Positions 29,788-38,369 of a stretch of DNA of 64,000 bases are shown one piece after another. The notes under the pieces were generated by a model. The model was not told the origin of the DNA. It saw only the letters and a program-made list of their open reading frames with translations, and searched no databases. The translations under genes and the position numbers were made by a program. The stretch covers positions 64,001-128,000 of the IMG/VR virus record IMGVR_UViG_3300028608_000007; one strand, written 5' to 3'. The number at the start of each line of letters is the position of its first letter. The first letter of the stretch is position 1. Origin of the DNA: a virus.

Positions 29788-30396
29788 TCACTCGACCCTG
29801 TTAGAAAATACTCGGAGAATGCGCTGACAGTAATCACAGTCACAATCGCCTTCGTGAGCACGACGTTCGTTCTCTTTGATCTCGGCCAGATAACGAGCAT
29901 CACGTTCCACACGAGCTTGCAGCACCTTGTTACGGATGCCGTCGAAGAACGCAGTCATCTCTTCGTCAGACACGGCTGGCTTGTAGCCGCACATGTCTTT
30001 GGCGTAACGGAACATACCCTCGATCAGCTCACGCATCTTGCGTTCCAGATCAGAAGGGAATCCGCCACGGAATTGAGACGGTGTGTTCAACGACCACTGC
30101 ACAGGAAGGTTCGGGTCGTCGTAATCGTGGATGGTAATCGACCAACGGTGGTCGTGGAAATCGTCACCCACTTTAAAGAAGAACACTACGTTGTTGCAAT
30201 CAGCATCGCCGTAGTAGTTGTAGTCATGGAACGGTTCGTAATACTTGCGTCCACGGAAACTGGTGGTGCGCAGTTCCAGCTTACCCCACGGCGTAGGGAC
30301 ACTCCACAGTAGATCACGAGGCAACGGAACTTTCCTGAGTCGGTCCAGTTGTTGAGCGTAGAAATGAAGTGTTGCACTACTTTCCGAGAAAGCCAT
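29788..30396 (-). CDS. hypothetical protein
   Basis: GGAGG SD before ATG 30396; C-terminal CDCDYC. Confidence 0.7.
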   Translation of the reverse strand: MAFSESSATLHFYAQQLDRLRKVPLPRDLLWSVPTPWGKLELRTTSFRGRKYYEPFHDYNYYGDADCNNVVFFFKVGDDFHDHRWSITIHDYDDPNLPVQWSLNTPSQFRGGFPSDLERKMRELIEGMFRYAKDMCGYKPAVSDEEMTAFFDGIRNKVLQARVERDARYLAEIKENERRAHEGDCDCDYCQRILRVFSNRVE

Positions 30397-30407
30397 AAAA
30401 CCTCCGA

Positions 30408-30440
30408 ACATAAAAGGCAGGCCAAAGCCTGCCTCTATGC
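30408..30440 (-). terminator. intrinsic terminator
   Basis: AGGCAGGC/GCCTGCCT stem flanked by ACATA and TATGC. Confidence 0.75.
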
Positions 30441-30446
30441 TGTTAC

Positions 30447-32405
30447 TTAGTAGGTGGCGCCGCCAAGGCGTTCACGCATTTCGCCCAGGGTAGTGCGCTT
30501 GGTGAAATGACCGTTGCGGTACACGGACTTCAACTCACCCGACGAAGTAGCCAGGGTATCGAACGACATGTCCTGCTCTTGAGCCAGAACGTAGTTGCCG
30601 TCAACCAGGTCTACACGCAGGAAGCCTTTGGCAGACTTCTTCGCGGTTTCGCCTTCGGTGGCTGGCGCTTTGTACAGGTCGATGAGGGTGTCGTCGATCT
30701 GGATCGCAGTGCCTTTGATAGCTTGGCCGAAGGTGTCGCGGGTGATGTACTGGTAGGTGTAGCTACCAATACCGAGGACAACGTTGCCGGAAGCGAACTG
30801 TTTCTTCGCCAGACGACGCATGATCTCTTCGGTACGTTGCACAGTGATGCTGTCACCGTAGATCAGGCCGATGTGTTCGTCCAGCAGACGGTAGCCTTCT
30901 GGAGTAGTGGTACCACCGAAGGTTTCCCACAGGCATTCCACAGCGCCTTTCTCTTCCGAGGTCAGCTCGTGAGCGACGATGTGGTAACCGCACTGGTAGC
31001 GACCGGTCAGATCGTATTCCAGTTCGATCTCCATCGACTTGAGGAAGCCGTAGATCATTGGCTTCACTGGGTCGTGGGTTTCCATTGGCAGACGCTCAGG
31101 CGACAGCTTACGGGTAGTAGTAGTCATGGCCTGGAAGGACTCAACCACCGAACGACCAGCACGTTCGAGGATGTCGGCGTCCAGTTCGTCCCACGAACGG
31201 TTGCGATTACGGTGCAGCGCATCGGTAGCCTTGAACAGCGTACCATCGGAGTTGCGGAAGTAGATGTGCTTGCGACGACCGTCATCACGACCACGGCGGT
31301 ACATCATCTGCTCAGCTTCTTCCTGGGTGAAGATCTCAGCACCACAGATGATCTCAACCGGATCACCCGAGTCGGGACGGATCACGACTTTGGCCAGACC
31401 GAGGCTGTCTTTCGGACGCGACAGAATCACGTCTTTCAGTTCAGGAACGATCTTGGTCACGACGCCCCAGAAGTCGAACGAGTCCGACACCAAAGCCACA
31501 GCACCGTTCGGGTAGACCTCGGTGATCAGACGCTTGAAGAAGCGCTTCTCGGCTTCCAGGCGCATGCGCTTGTAGCCTTCCTCGTCAACCTTCTGGTCGT
31601 TCTCACGCAGCTTCTCCAGCTCGTAGTGCAGCTCGGAGAGGATGTTGGCCGTAGCAACGGCGTGTTCGGTAGCTGGAATCGAGCAGGCCACGAACTCCTT
31701 CTCTACGTTCGCGCCGTAGTAGTCTTCGGCGTAGTCGATCGCAGGGATGGTGTCAGTGCCGCAGAAGGCCAGCAGGTGACCGAACGAACCGCGAACGTCT
31801 TCCAGACCGATACCACGGAACGAGAAGTCGTGACCCTGGACGTCGACGAACTCTTTCGGAGTACCGGTGATCAACGCCCAGTGTTTCAGGACGCGACGGT
31901 ATTCGAAAGCGATGGTCGAACAGGTGACGATTTTCCAGATCAACGACGACATCGAGGTTTCGAGGTAGTTCGTGAACCAGTAGAAGTCGGGGTGGGTGTT
32001 GTAGATGGTGTACAGCGGTACGTTCATGTTGACACGCGCACCTTCCGGCAACGCCAGCACTTCGATCGGCAGGTAGCCCAGGTCGTGCAGGGCTTCGAAG
32101 CCGTCGACAGGCACTTTACCTTCACCGAGGTAGTTGTCCATGCGACGCTTGTAGCGCTTGATGACTTCGTCTTTCGGCTTGGAGAAGAAGCTGCGATCCC
32201 ACAGTTCAGTCAGCTCTTGCAGGACGCCTTGCAGACCAGCCCAGACGACCTTCGAATCCCAGAACTGAGACTTCGACACAGACTTCTGGAACAGACGGTC
32301 AGCACGAGCCGTCAGGTTACCGTAGGTGAAGTTCGCCCCGACGGGGAACATTGGACGGTGGCCAACTTTGTAACCATCAGCAACGTTAGGTGCAAACAGG
32401 TTCAT
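30447..32405 (-). CDS. nadV: nicotinamide phosphoribosyltransferase-family enzyme (Namat-like)
   Basis: DGYKVGH, HDFSFRG, GTDTIPA, SIPATEH, LVSDSFD, VIRPDSGDP, LIYGDSIT, LGIGSYTYQ, RDTFGQAIK; start ATG 32405 overlaps upstream stop (ATGA). Confidence 0.9.
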   Translation of the reverse strand: MNLFAPNVADGYKVGHRPMFPVGANFTYGNLTARADRLFQKSVSKSQFWDSKVVWAGLQGVLQELTELWDRSFFSKPKDEVIKRYKRRMDNYLGEGKVPVDGFEALHDLGYLPIEVLALPEGARVNMNVPLYTIYNTHPDFYWFTNYLETSMSSLIWKIVTCSTIAFEYRRVLKHWALITGTPKEFVDVQGHDFSFRGIGLEDVRGSFGHLLAFCGTDTIPAIDYAEDYYGANVEKEFVACSIPATEHAVATANILSELHYELEKLRENDQKVDEEGYKRMRLEAEKRFFKRLITEVYPNGAVALVSDSFDFWGVVTKIVPELKDVILSRPKDSLGLAKVVIRPDSGDPVEIICGAEIFTQEEAEQMMYRRGRDDGRRKHIYFRNSDGTLFKATDALHRNRNRSWDELDADILERAGRSVVESFQAMTTTTRKLSPERLPMETHDPVKPMIYGFLKSMEIELEYDLTGRYQCGYHIVAHELTSEEKGAVECLWETFGGTTTPEGYRLLDEHIGLIYGDSITVQRTEEIMRRLAKKQFASGNVVLGIGSYTYQYITRDTFGQAIKGTAIQIDDTLIDLYKAPATEGETAKKSAKGFLRVDLVDGNYVLAQEQDMSFDTLATSSGELKSVYRNGHFTKRTTLGEMRERLGGATY

Positions 32406-33313
32406 GCGTAAAGTCCTTGTACAGGGTGCCAGTAGATTTTGTCGTCGTTGACTTCGTCGGGACGTTTGTTGTACGCCGCCTGAGGGTGCCACGAGTTGGT
32501 GGTACGAATCTGGTCGTAGTGACTACGCAGTTGAGCGTAACCTTTGGTGAACAGACCGTGAGTGACGAACAGCTCGAGAGAGCAGTAGTCATTGTCGCCG
32601 CTCACACGCATGTAGTCCGCCTCGAAAGGCTGGAGCTTCTCACGCAGAGCTTTGGCCAGCTCGATGAAGGTGTAGCCGCCGTCGCAGATGTCGTCAACAA
32701 CCAACCAGGTCAGACGAGGGGTCGGTTCAAACGGGATGTCTACACTGGTGCCAACGATCTTGCCGGTTTCGACGTCACGGTGTTTGGAACCGTAAGCGAT
32801 ACGAGTAACACCAACCAAACGGGCCAGTTCTTCAACCTTCTTCACCGCCCCAGCGTCAGGCGATACCAGCACCACACGTTCCCAGACTTGACGATCCAGC
32901 TTGGCAACGATCTGCGGCAAGGTGATGTGAGTCAAACGATCCAGCAGCGCAGCACCTACGTCACTGTGGATGTCGAGGACGGTTACGGTGTTGTAGCGCT
33001 GGAGGTTGATGATGTCGCAGAACGGCTTGATGGTCAGCGACTCACCTGAACGTGGTACACGGTCTTGACGAGCGTACGGCAGGTAAGGCATGAACAAGTG
33101 GATCTCGAGGGCTGGGTTCAGCCGACGGATCGCATCAGTGACCATGACGAGGTCCATGATGTCCACTGCGTTCTTGAGGTGAGCAGTCAGGTTGACCGCT
33201 TTCCAACTTGCTACAGCAGGGTCGACGTACGGATGCACTTCACCGCCCGGCAACACTTTCGAGTTAGCGGGAAACGAGATGTTCACGTCTCCGCGATTGC
33301 TAATCAAAATCAT
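32402..33313 (-). CDS. prs: ribose-phosphate pyrophosphokinase-family enzyme (Adps-like)
   Basis: LPGGEV, PYLPYARQDR, LDIHS, SPDAGA, VVDDICDGGYTF (PRPP-binding loop), VTHGLF. Confidence 0.9.
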   Translation of the reverse strand: MILISNRGDVNISFPANSKVLPGGEVHPYVDPAVASWKAVNLTAHLKNAVDIMDLVMVTDAIRRLNPALEIHLFMPYLPYARQDRVPRSGESLTIKPFCDIINLQRYNTVTVLDIHSDVGAALLDRLTHITLPQIVAKLDRQVWERVVLVSPDAGAVKKVEELARLVGVTRIAYGSKHRDVETGKIVGTSVDIPFEPTPRLTWLVVDDICDGGYTFIELAKALREKLQPFEADYMRVSGDNDYCSLELFVTHGLFTKGYAQLRSHYDQIRTTNSWHPQAAYNKRPDEVNDDKIYWHPVQGLYA

Positions 33314-33373
33314 GTGGCTTCCTTTTCTTTATTGCATACGGGTTACTCTCACTCAATACAACCTCTATGTAAG

Positions 33374-33404
33374 AAAAAAAAAGAGGGGCACGAAGCCCCT
33401 CTTT
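33374..33404 (-). terminator. intrinsic terminator
   Basis: AAAGAGGGGC/GCCCCTCTTT stem followed by long T tract on minus strand. Confidence 0.85.
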
Positions 33405-33406
33405 AA

Positions 33407-33652
33407 TCAGCCGAAGATCTTTTGCATCAGCGACCGCTTCTTCGGCACAGGTCGAGATGCGATAGCCAGTACAGCCAACAGACCCAAGCCAGCGACAGCA
33501 ACTTTAGCCTGAGCGTCTACGACAGCACGTTCAGTCTTCTGCTCTTCGACTTGGACTTCGAGTTGTTTGAGTTCGGCTTTCTTCGCTGCGATTTGCAGTT
33601 CGATTCCAGCCAGTTCTGCGTCTTGCGCGGTAATCAGTTGTTGCTCACTCAT
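33407..33652 (-). CDS. small coiled-coil protein with C-terminal TM
   Basis: 81 aa from MSEQQL; ATGA overlap. Confidence 0.65.
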   Translation of the reverse strand: MSEQQLITAQDAELAGIELQIAAKKAELKQLEVQVEEQKTERAVVDAQAKVAVAGLGLLAVLAIASRPVPKKRSLMQKIFG

Positions 33653-33777
33653 TTCGACCCCTTGGGCGGACGCCCTTCCAGCTTGCGCCAAGTTTCATCA
33701 AGCTGCTTCATGTGCTTGGCGAGTTCTTCGTGTTTCCCTGCTTGATGTAACTCAAAGGCTTCTGAGCCCGGCATCAT
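33649..33777 (-). CDS. small hypothetical protein (42 aa, not in ORF track)
   Basis: Hand translation MMPGSEAFELHQAGKHEELAKHMKQLDETWRKLEGRPPKGSK; stop overlaps next ATG. Confidence 0.55.
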   Translation of the reverse strand: MMPGSEAFELHQAGKHEELAKHMKQLDETWRKLEGRPPKGSK

Positions 33778-33805
33778 CAGGGTACCGTCTGAATAACGTA
33801 CTGCT

Positions 33806-34213
33806 TTAGTAGCCATAGGGACGTTTCCCCCGTGAGATCCAGCGGTTATTATTGCGAGCTACTTCCACCCAATCCTTTTCACCATAATTGTACTCCAGGG
33901 AAGTGGCGCATATAGCGTCAACCTTTTCTTGAGTAATGATTTTGGTGGATAGGGAAGGAGCATAGTCCTCTTGGCAACGGATAGCGTATTTTGCACGCTT
34001 GCGATCGTTGTCTCCTTTCAACCAAACTGGATCAACCAACATGCGGTCGGTAACAAAGAAGCTTTCGAGTTTGCGTCCTTTAAAGACGGTAACAGACGCA
34101 ATGCCAACCGCCAAAGCAATTATTGCGATCAACAGAATGGCACCGGCAATCGCGTTCTCTTTATTACTGACCTTACCGCAGTTACCCTTACATCTGCATA
34201 CACAAGCAACCAT
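33806..34213 (-). CDS. membrane-anchored protein (paralog of 34215..34628)
   Basis: Cys-rich N-terminus, TM helix, two conserved Cys; GAGGA SD. Confidence 0.65.
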   Translation of the reverse strand: MVACVCRCKGNCGKVSNKENAIAGAILLIAIIALAVGIASVTVFKGRKLESFFVTDRMLVDPVWLKGDNDRKRAKYAIRCQEDYAPSLSTKIITQEKVDAICATSLEYNYGEKDWVEVARNNNRWISRGKRPYGY

Positions 34214-34214
34214 T

Positions 34215-34628
34215 TCAGCGATCCTCGTCCGACTCGTAAATAACAATACCCAACTGCTGACGCTCCCAGTTGAGCATAGCGACCTTCGAGAAGTCCTTGT
34301 CAGGATACATAGCCGTAGCCATGTTCTCACAAGCCTCGATCACCTCAGGGTTCATCTGCTCACCTTTAGCAGCAAAACCCCGACCTTCTTTCAAACAGTT
34401 ACGGGCGAAGGAACGCTTCTTCTCCAGATACTGCTCTTCGAGGTAAAGGGCATCGATCTCATGCTCCTTACCTGTTTCGTGCATCTTGTACGCACCAACG
34501 GAACCCACACCCACCACACCAACCATCAGTACTGTCAAGCCGATGTTGGTAGAGTGGCGTTTAAGCATTCCCTTGAACGCTTCCCAACCAAGAACCAATG
34601 CGTAAGCCAAACCAACCAACTTACTCAT
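34215..34628 (-). CDS. membrane-anchored protein (paralog of 33806..34213)
   Basis: TM helix, then FARNC..EAC..YPDKDFSKVA. Confidence 0.7.
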   Translation of the reverse strand: MSKLVGLAYALVLGWEAFKGMLKRHSTNIGLTVLMVGVVGVGSVGAYKMHETGKEHEIDALYLEEQYLEKKRSFARNCLKEGRGFAAKGEQMNPEVIEACENMATAMYPDKDFSKVAMLNWERQQLGIVIYESDEDR

Positions 34629-35125
34629 TTGGTCACCGCTGGCGCTTGGCGCGGTTGAACGTAGCGAGTGTCGTAACCTTCTTCACCCGGCAGCAGGTTC
34701 TGAGGATCAGGGTAGAGCATCTGCCAGATACGCAGATCTGCACCACCGCGCTGTTTCAATTCAGCACAGTAGAGGTTCAGCATCTGGTAGGTGTTGCACG
34801 GATGCATAGCCGAACGCATCGGGGTAGGATCACCATCCGAACGTTTGACGATATCGGTGCGTACAACTTCTTCTGCCTTGCCTTCTTTGATCCAAGCGGT
34901 TGCCTGGTTCTTGAGCATCATCCCCAGAATGCGGTTGTCGATCACACCGCAGATGAACAGCTCCGGCATACCGAGACGGGACAGACCCACGGTGTAGGAG
35001 TAGTTCAGACCGTTGCCACCAGCGTGTTGCGGAACGCCCGTGACGCTCAGGATCGCAAACTTGTTAGCAGCGATCGAACGCTTGATGTGACGTTTCACTT
35101 GTTTCTTGGTGTCTGCAACTTTCAT
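34625..35125 (-). CDS. DUF4262-like hypothetical protein
   Basis: YSYTVGLSRLGMPELFICG pattern; start ATG 35125 with AAGGA SD. Confidence 0.65.
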   Translation of the reverse strand: MKVADTKKQVKRHIKRSIAANKFAILSVTGVPQHAGGNGLNYSYTVGLSRLGMPELFICGVIDNRILGMMLKNQATAWIKEGKAEEVVRTDIVKRSDGDPTPMRSAMHPCNTYQMLNLYCAELKQRGGADLRIWQMLYPDPQNLLPGEEGYDTRYVQPRQAPAVTK

Positions 35126-35126
35126 G

Positions 35127-35639
35127 TTACTTCCTTTTAATAGGGGTGACGGTGGCGCGAGGGGCTCCAAGGCGATGCGGGATCGGACCCGTGCCTTTTG
35201 GAATCTTCATCAGTTTAGCGCGACGCTTACGAATCGCTTCGGGGACGTACATGAACAGAGCTGGGGAAGAGAAGTCTGGTTGCCCATTCTTGATCTGCAC
35301 CAACACTGCCATCATTTCTTCTTTCGGTGGATTGGACCAGTCCATCTCGATCGTACTCGCTGAATCCCAACGGATACAGCTTGGAGCATTGTCGAGCATG
35401 AACTTATCCATACCCTGGTGTTTGATGGTCCGTTTGATAGCAGCAGCCGTACTGTTCATTGGGCCATCGATGTTGCGGGTTGCGTAGAAGCAATAGTGTT
35501 CCAGGTTATTACCCGAGGCAATCTCGTAGTAAGCGAGGTGTCCTTGAACCGGGATAGTCAACAAGAAACAACGAGTACCCACGAAAGCATGACTGCGATT
35601 AGTGTGGTACTCTTTCAACCGACGGACGATCAGGGACAT
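35127..35639 (-). CDS. hypothetical protein
   Basis: 170 aa in tight operon. Confidence 0.7.
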   Translation of the reverse strand: MSLIVRRLKEYHTNRSHAFVGTRCFLLTIPVQGHLAYYEIASGNNLEHYCFYATRNIDGPMNSTAAAIKRTIKHQGMDKFMLDNAPSCIRWDSASTIEMDWSNPPKEEMMAVLVQIKNGQPDFSSPALFMYVPEAIRKRRAKLMKIPKGTGPIPHRLGAPRATVTPIKRK

Positions 35640-35640
35640 G

Positions 35641-36039
35641 TCAGCCTTCTTTCTTTTCGTAAGCGTTGAGAATGGTGCGGCACTCTTCCTCGGTAGGTGG
35701 CCGAGGGGGAACGTTTTCGAACATCAACCACATCCCTTCAGTACGACCGCGGGATTTGTACCAACCCACCCACAGGCAAGTCGGTTGGGAGTTCATGAAG
35801 CCCTTGTCGTTTTCACGAGGGAGGGTATCAATATCCAGCAGACTGATGGTAGCGAAGTGTTGGTTCTCTTCGCACTGATGGTTAATGCGGTAGTCGCCTT
35901 CACGTTCAGCCAAATCGCGGATTTCGTTAGCCAAGGCGCAGTTCCAGTTATCCCCGGTGAACGGACCTTCGCGGAACCCACATTTAGGATCAGCACCGTT
36001 CCAAGTTTTACCACGGGTTTTACAAGCTTGACATTCCAT
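35641..36039 (-). CDS. Cys-rich hypothetical protein
   Basis: CxxCxxRGKTWxGxDPxC, DNWNC, WYKSRG. Confidence 0.7.
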   Translation of the reverse strand: MECQACKTRGKTWNGADPKCGFREGPFTGDNWNCALANEIRDLAEREGDYRINHQCEENQHFATISLLDIDTLPRENDKGFMNSQPTCLWVGWYKSRGRTEGMWLMFENVPPRPPTEEECRTILNAYEKKEG

Positions 36040-36636
36040 TTACGCTGCCCTTTTCAATTCGTTGCCATATTGGTCAACCAATGCATGAGCCTTTGCAAGC
36101 CCTTCATCGGTGTAAAGGTTGATACGTTTCGGGATACCAGCACGAATCGCCATCTGTAGCGCCATGTTAGTTCCACCTTTGACCACTTCAGTTTTGCCCA
36201 CTGGTTTAGCCCAGTAGATTATTGCACGGACTGGATCATTCAACATGTGTCCGTGAATCTGGAACACGTTGCGAGTGTGCATGGCTTTTGCCCCACGCTT
36301 ACACTTATCCCACGCAGGATGAACCTCTGATGCCATGCTGTGCGCAGTCTCCCAAGTAGGGAACTTCGTAGCATCGTAAAAGAAGTTCTTGGGGTCATGG
36401 TAACGATCCCACACCCCATCCCACGCCAGATAGATCCTAGCCTTCAAATCAAAATACCAACGGCTTTGTAGCGCTCCCTCATAGAACGCTCTGTCAGCAC
36501 CTTCGGCATCCCCACTACTCAAGGCGTAACCCTGAGCATAAAGCGCTAAACTAATTTGCCGCATTAACGCCAGAATGTCTTCCGGCGTTTCACGACTCCC
36601 CACTCCTGCAAACCACCCCCGGAAGATTGGTGGCAT
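36040..36636 (-). CDS. SLOG-superfamily (DprA/Smf-like) nucleotide-binding protein
   Basis: FAGVGSRETP, LSSGDAEGADRAF, ASEVHPAW, HTRNVFQI, GGTNMA. Confidence 0.8.
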   Translation of the reverse strand: MPPIFRGWFAGVGSRETPEDILALMRQISLALYAQGYALSSGDAEGADRAFYEGALQSRWYFDLKARIYLAWDGVWDRYHDPKNFFYDATKFPTWETAHSMASEVHPAWDKCKRGAKAMHTRNVFQIHGHMLNDPVRAIIYWAKPVGKTEVVKGGTNMALQMAIRAGIPKRINLYTDEGLAKAHALVDQYGNELKRAA

Positions 36637-36640
36637 GGGA

Positions 36641-36940
36641 TCAGTCCTCTACTTTGTATTCCAGATAAGGACTAGACGGAATAGGTCCCGTCACTTTGAA
36701 AGCATCCCAGTAGTCCTTGTTGTAGCGCAGGGTCACGGCGTAGTAGTCTTCTACTCGACGCAACTCGATCTTCTTCAAGGATTGTCCGGGCAGGTGGTAG
36801 TTGGCACTGTTCTTGAAGAACTCCATAACCTCAGCGAACTCTTCAAAGTAGAACCGAGTGTTCGGTTCCAGTGCTGGGAACTCCTGTCCATCTTGTTTCA
36901 GATGAATGAGTCCAAAGGGGGGATATTGTTCAGGTCGCAT
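36641..36940 (-). CDS. hypothetical protein
   Basis: 99 aa, GAGG SD. Confidence 0.6.
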   Translation of the reverse strand: MRPEQYPPFGLIHLKQDGQEFPALEPNTRFYFEEFAEVMEFFKNSANYHLPGQSLKKIELRRVEDYYAVTLRYNKDYWDAFKVTGPIPSSPYLEYKVED

Positions 36941-37353
36941 GGGGATGCCTCGTCGAGATCAAGATTGATGAGTAACTTGTCGCCGTTGATAACCTCCATA
37001 TGCTCAACAACAAAGACTACGCCTTTGCCGCCTCGGATATAAGGAATCACGTACGCATAGATTTGGTTGTAAAGTTCGAGAACAAAGTCCACGAACATCC
37101 GGTTCTCCAAAGTGGACATCTCCACAATGATGTTCCCAACCGTATCTTTCTCGTCACTCTCTACATCTTCATTCTCGTAAACCATATCCAAATACAGGTT
37201 GAACAGGCTTGCGATGTTGTTGCGATCCAGCCGCTCAGGGTGCTGCATAGCAAACGTACAAACGAAATCAATGCAATACCACAAGTTGTGCTCGATAGCT
37301 CCTGACATGGTCTGTAACAGCTCACGACAAGGAATTACGAACTTGGTTTCCAT
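36898..37353 (-). CDS. hypothetical acidic protein
   Basis: GAGG SD before ATG 37353. Confidence 0.7.
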   Translation of the reverse strand: METKFVIPCRELLQTMSGAIEHNLWYCIDFVCTFAMQHPERLDRNNIASLFNLYLDMVYENEDVESDEKDTVGNIIVEMSTLENRMFVDFVLELYNQIYAYVIPYIRGGKGVVFVVEHMEVINGDKLLINLDLDEASPCDLNNIPPLDSFI

Positions 37354-37360
37354 AGACACC

Positions 37361-37597
37361 TCACGACATCAGGACATCTCGGACGAAAGCTAGGTGGAAT
37401 ACCGCAGCGAAGACCACCGCCATAAACAACAGGACAAAGGTACACAGCCCGATGTTCCAAGGCTCATGACGCCACGACCAGCACATTGCGTGCCATAGTT
37501 CAGCGATGTCGTCATCTGACCTAGCGTACGCACCGAGGTAAAACGCACAGTTCAGAGCAATGAAGAGAATCAAGACTGTTAGAAGGAAACCGATCAT
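37361..37597 (-). CDS. small two-TM membrane protein
   Basis: Start MIGFLL at 37597 (ATGA overlap). Confidence 0.65.
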   Translation of the reverse strand: MIGFLLTVLILFIALNCAFYLGAYARSDDDIAELWHAMCWSWRHEPWNIGLCTFVLLFMAVVFAAVFHLAFVRDVLMS

Positions 37598-37839
37598 GGG
37601 AAGAACTTCGTGTAGTTGACGTAGGAGATGATGGGGAACAGGATTACATGGAGCACTACCAGACCCATCCAGAGACGGACAATGCTCACGCCGTGGTTTT
37701 GACGCCACAGCATTTCGATCTGCGCTTTCCACTCAGGCCAATCAAAGCCCAACTCGGAATGGAAAATGCGGAACGATACAATCAGGAACACAGTGGTCCA
37801 CAGGAACACCATGAAGTAGGTTGGCAATTCAGCAGCCAT
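37594..37839 (-). CDS. small two-TM membrane protein
   Basis: GAGG SD before ATG 37839; two hydrophobic helices. Confidence 0.65.
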   Translation of the reverse strand: MAAELPTYFMVFLWTTVFLIVSFRIFHSELGFDWPEWKAQIEMLWRQNHGVSIVRLWMGLVVLHVILFPIISYVNYTKFFP

Positions 37840-37857
37840 TTTCTTTTGCTTCCTCAA

Positions 37858-37883
37858 GCATAGAAGGGCTCCCGCAGGAGCCC
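37858..37883 (-). terminator. hairpin/terminator flanked by GCATA
   Basis: GGGCTCC/GGAGCCC stem. Confidence 0.55.
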
Positions 37884-37889
37884 GAAAGG

Positions 37890-38369
37890 TTATTTGACCA
37901 GAGAGTCGAAGATACCAATCCAGTACCAGAACAAACCAACGAAGATACTGGCGGCGTAGAAGGTGGTGTACGCCTTACGGTCTACCTTCTTCAGTTCATC
38001 GATGTGTTCACGTACCGCCCAGAACTGTTTCCAGTGAGCACGTGGTTGATAGCCCACACCTTGTCTACGTGCAACCGCGTAACGGTAGAGCATGGTGATC
38101 GCGATGTAGCACACGAGGATAAACACCGCAGCGTACTTCAACGCACCACTAGACAAAACCATCCCGATTAACAGCCCGTAGGACCCGAACCACAGCGCCA
38201 TCTCCACCAACGGTTTCTTCAACCGCCTGTCACGGAGGATAGGAGCCAGGCCTTTAAGCAGTTCCTTCGGACGAAAACCAATCTCTTGTACGCCACAGTA
38301 CACAGCAATACCAGCGCTGAGCAGCACAGCACACAACACACCAAACAGAGCACCGTATACAGCAGTCAT
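37890..38369 (-). CDS. multi-pass membrane protein
   Basis: 159 aa, about four hydrophobic helices. Confidence 0.75.
   Translation of the reverse strand: MTAVYGALFGVLCAVLLSAGIAVYCGVQEIGFRPKELLKGLAPILRDRRLKKPLVEMALWFGSYGLLIGMVLSSGALKYAAVFILVCYIAITMLYRYAVARRQGVGYQPRAHWKQFWAVREHIDELKKVDRKAYTTFYAASIFVGLFWYWIGIFDSLVK

Noticed and set aside
30507-32411. 634-aa plus-strand ORF, and similar long antisense ORFs at 764, 4943, 9566, 11703, 22666, 28187 and 39739
   Set aside because: They lie exactly opposite well-supported genes with strong codon bias, which suppresses antisense stops; no motifs or SD support.
30447-33313. NARP2 or classic NAMPT+NMNAT salvage pathway
   Set aside because: No NMNAT (HxGH nucleotidyltransferase) in the window, and the coupled partner is Prs-like. 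It is not fully excluded because NMNAT could lie outside the window.
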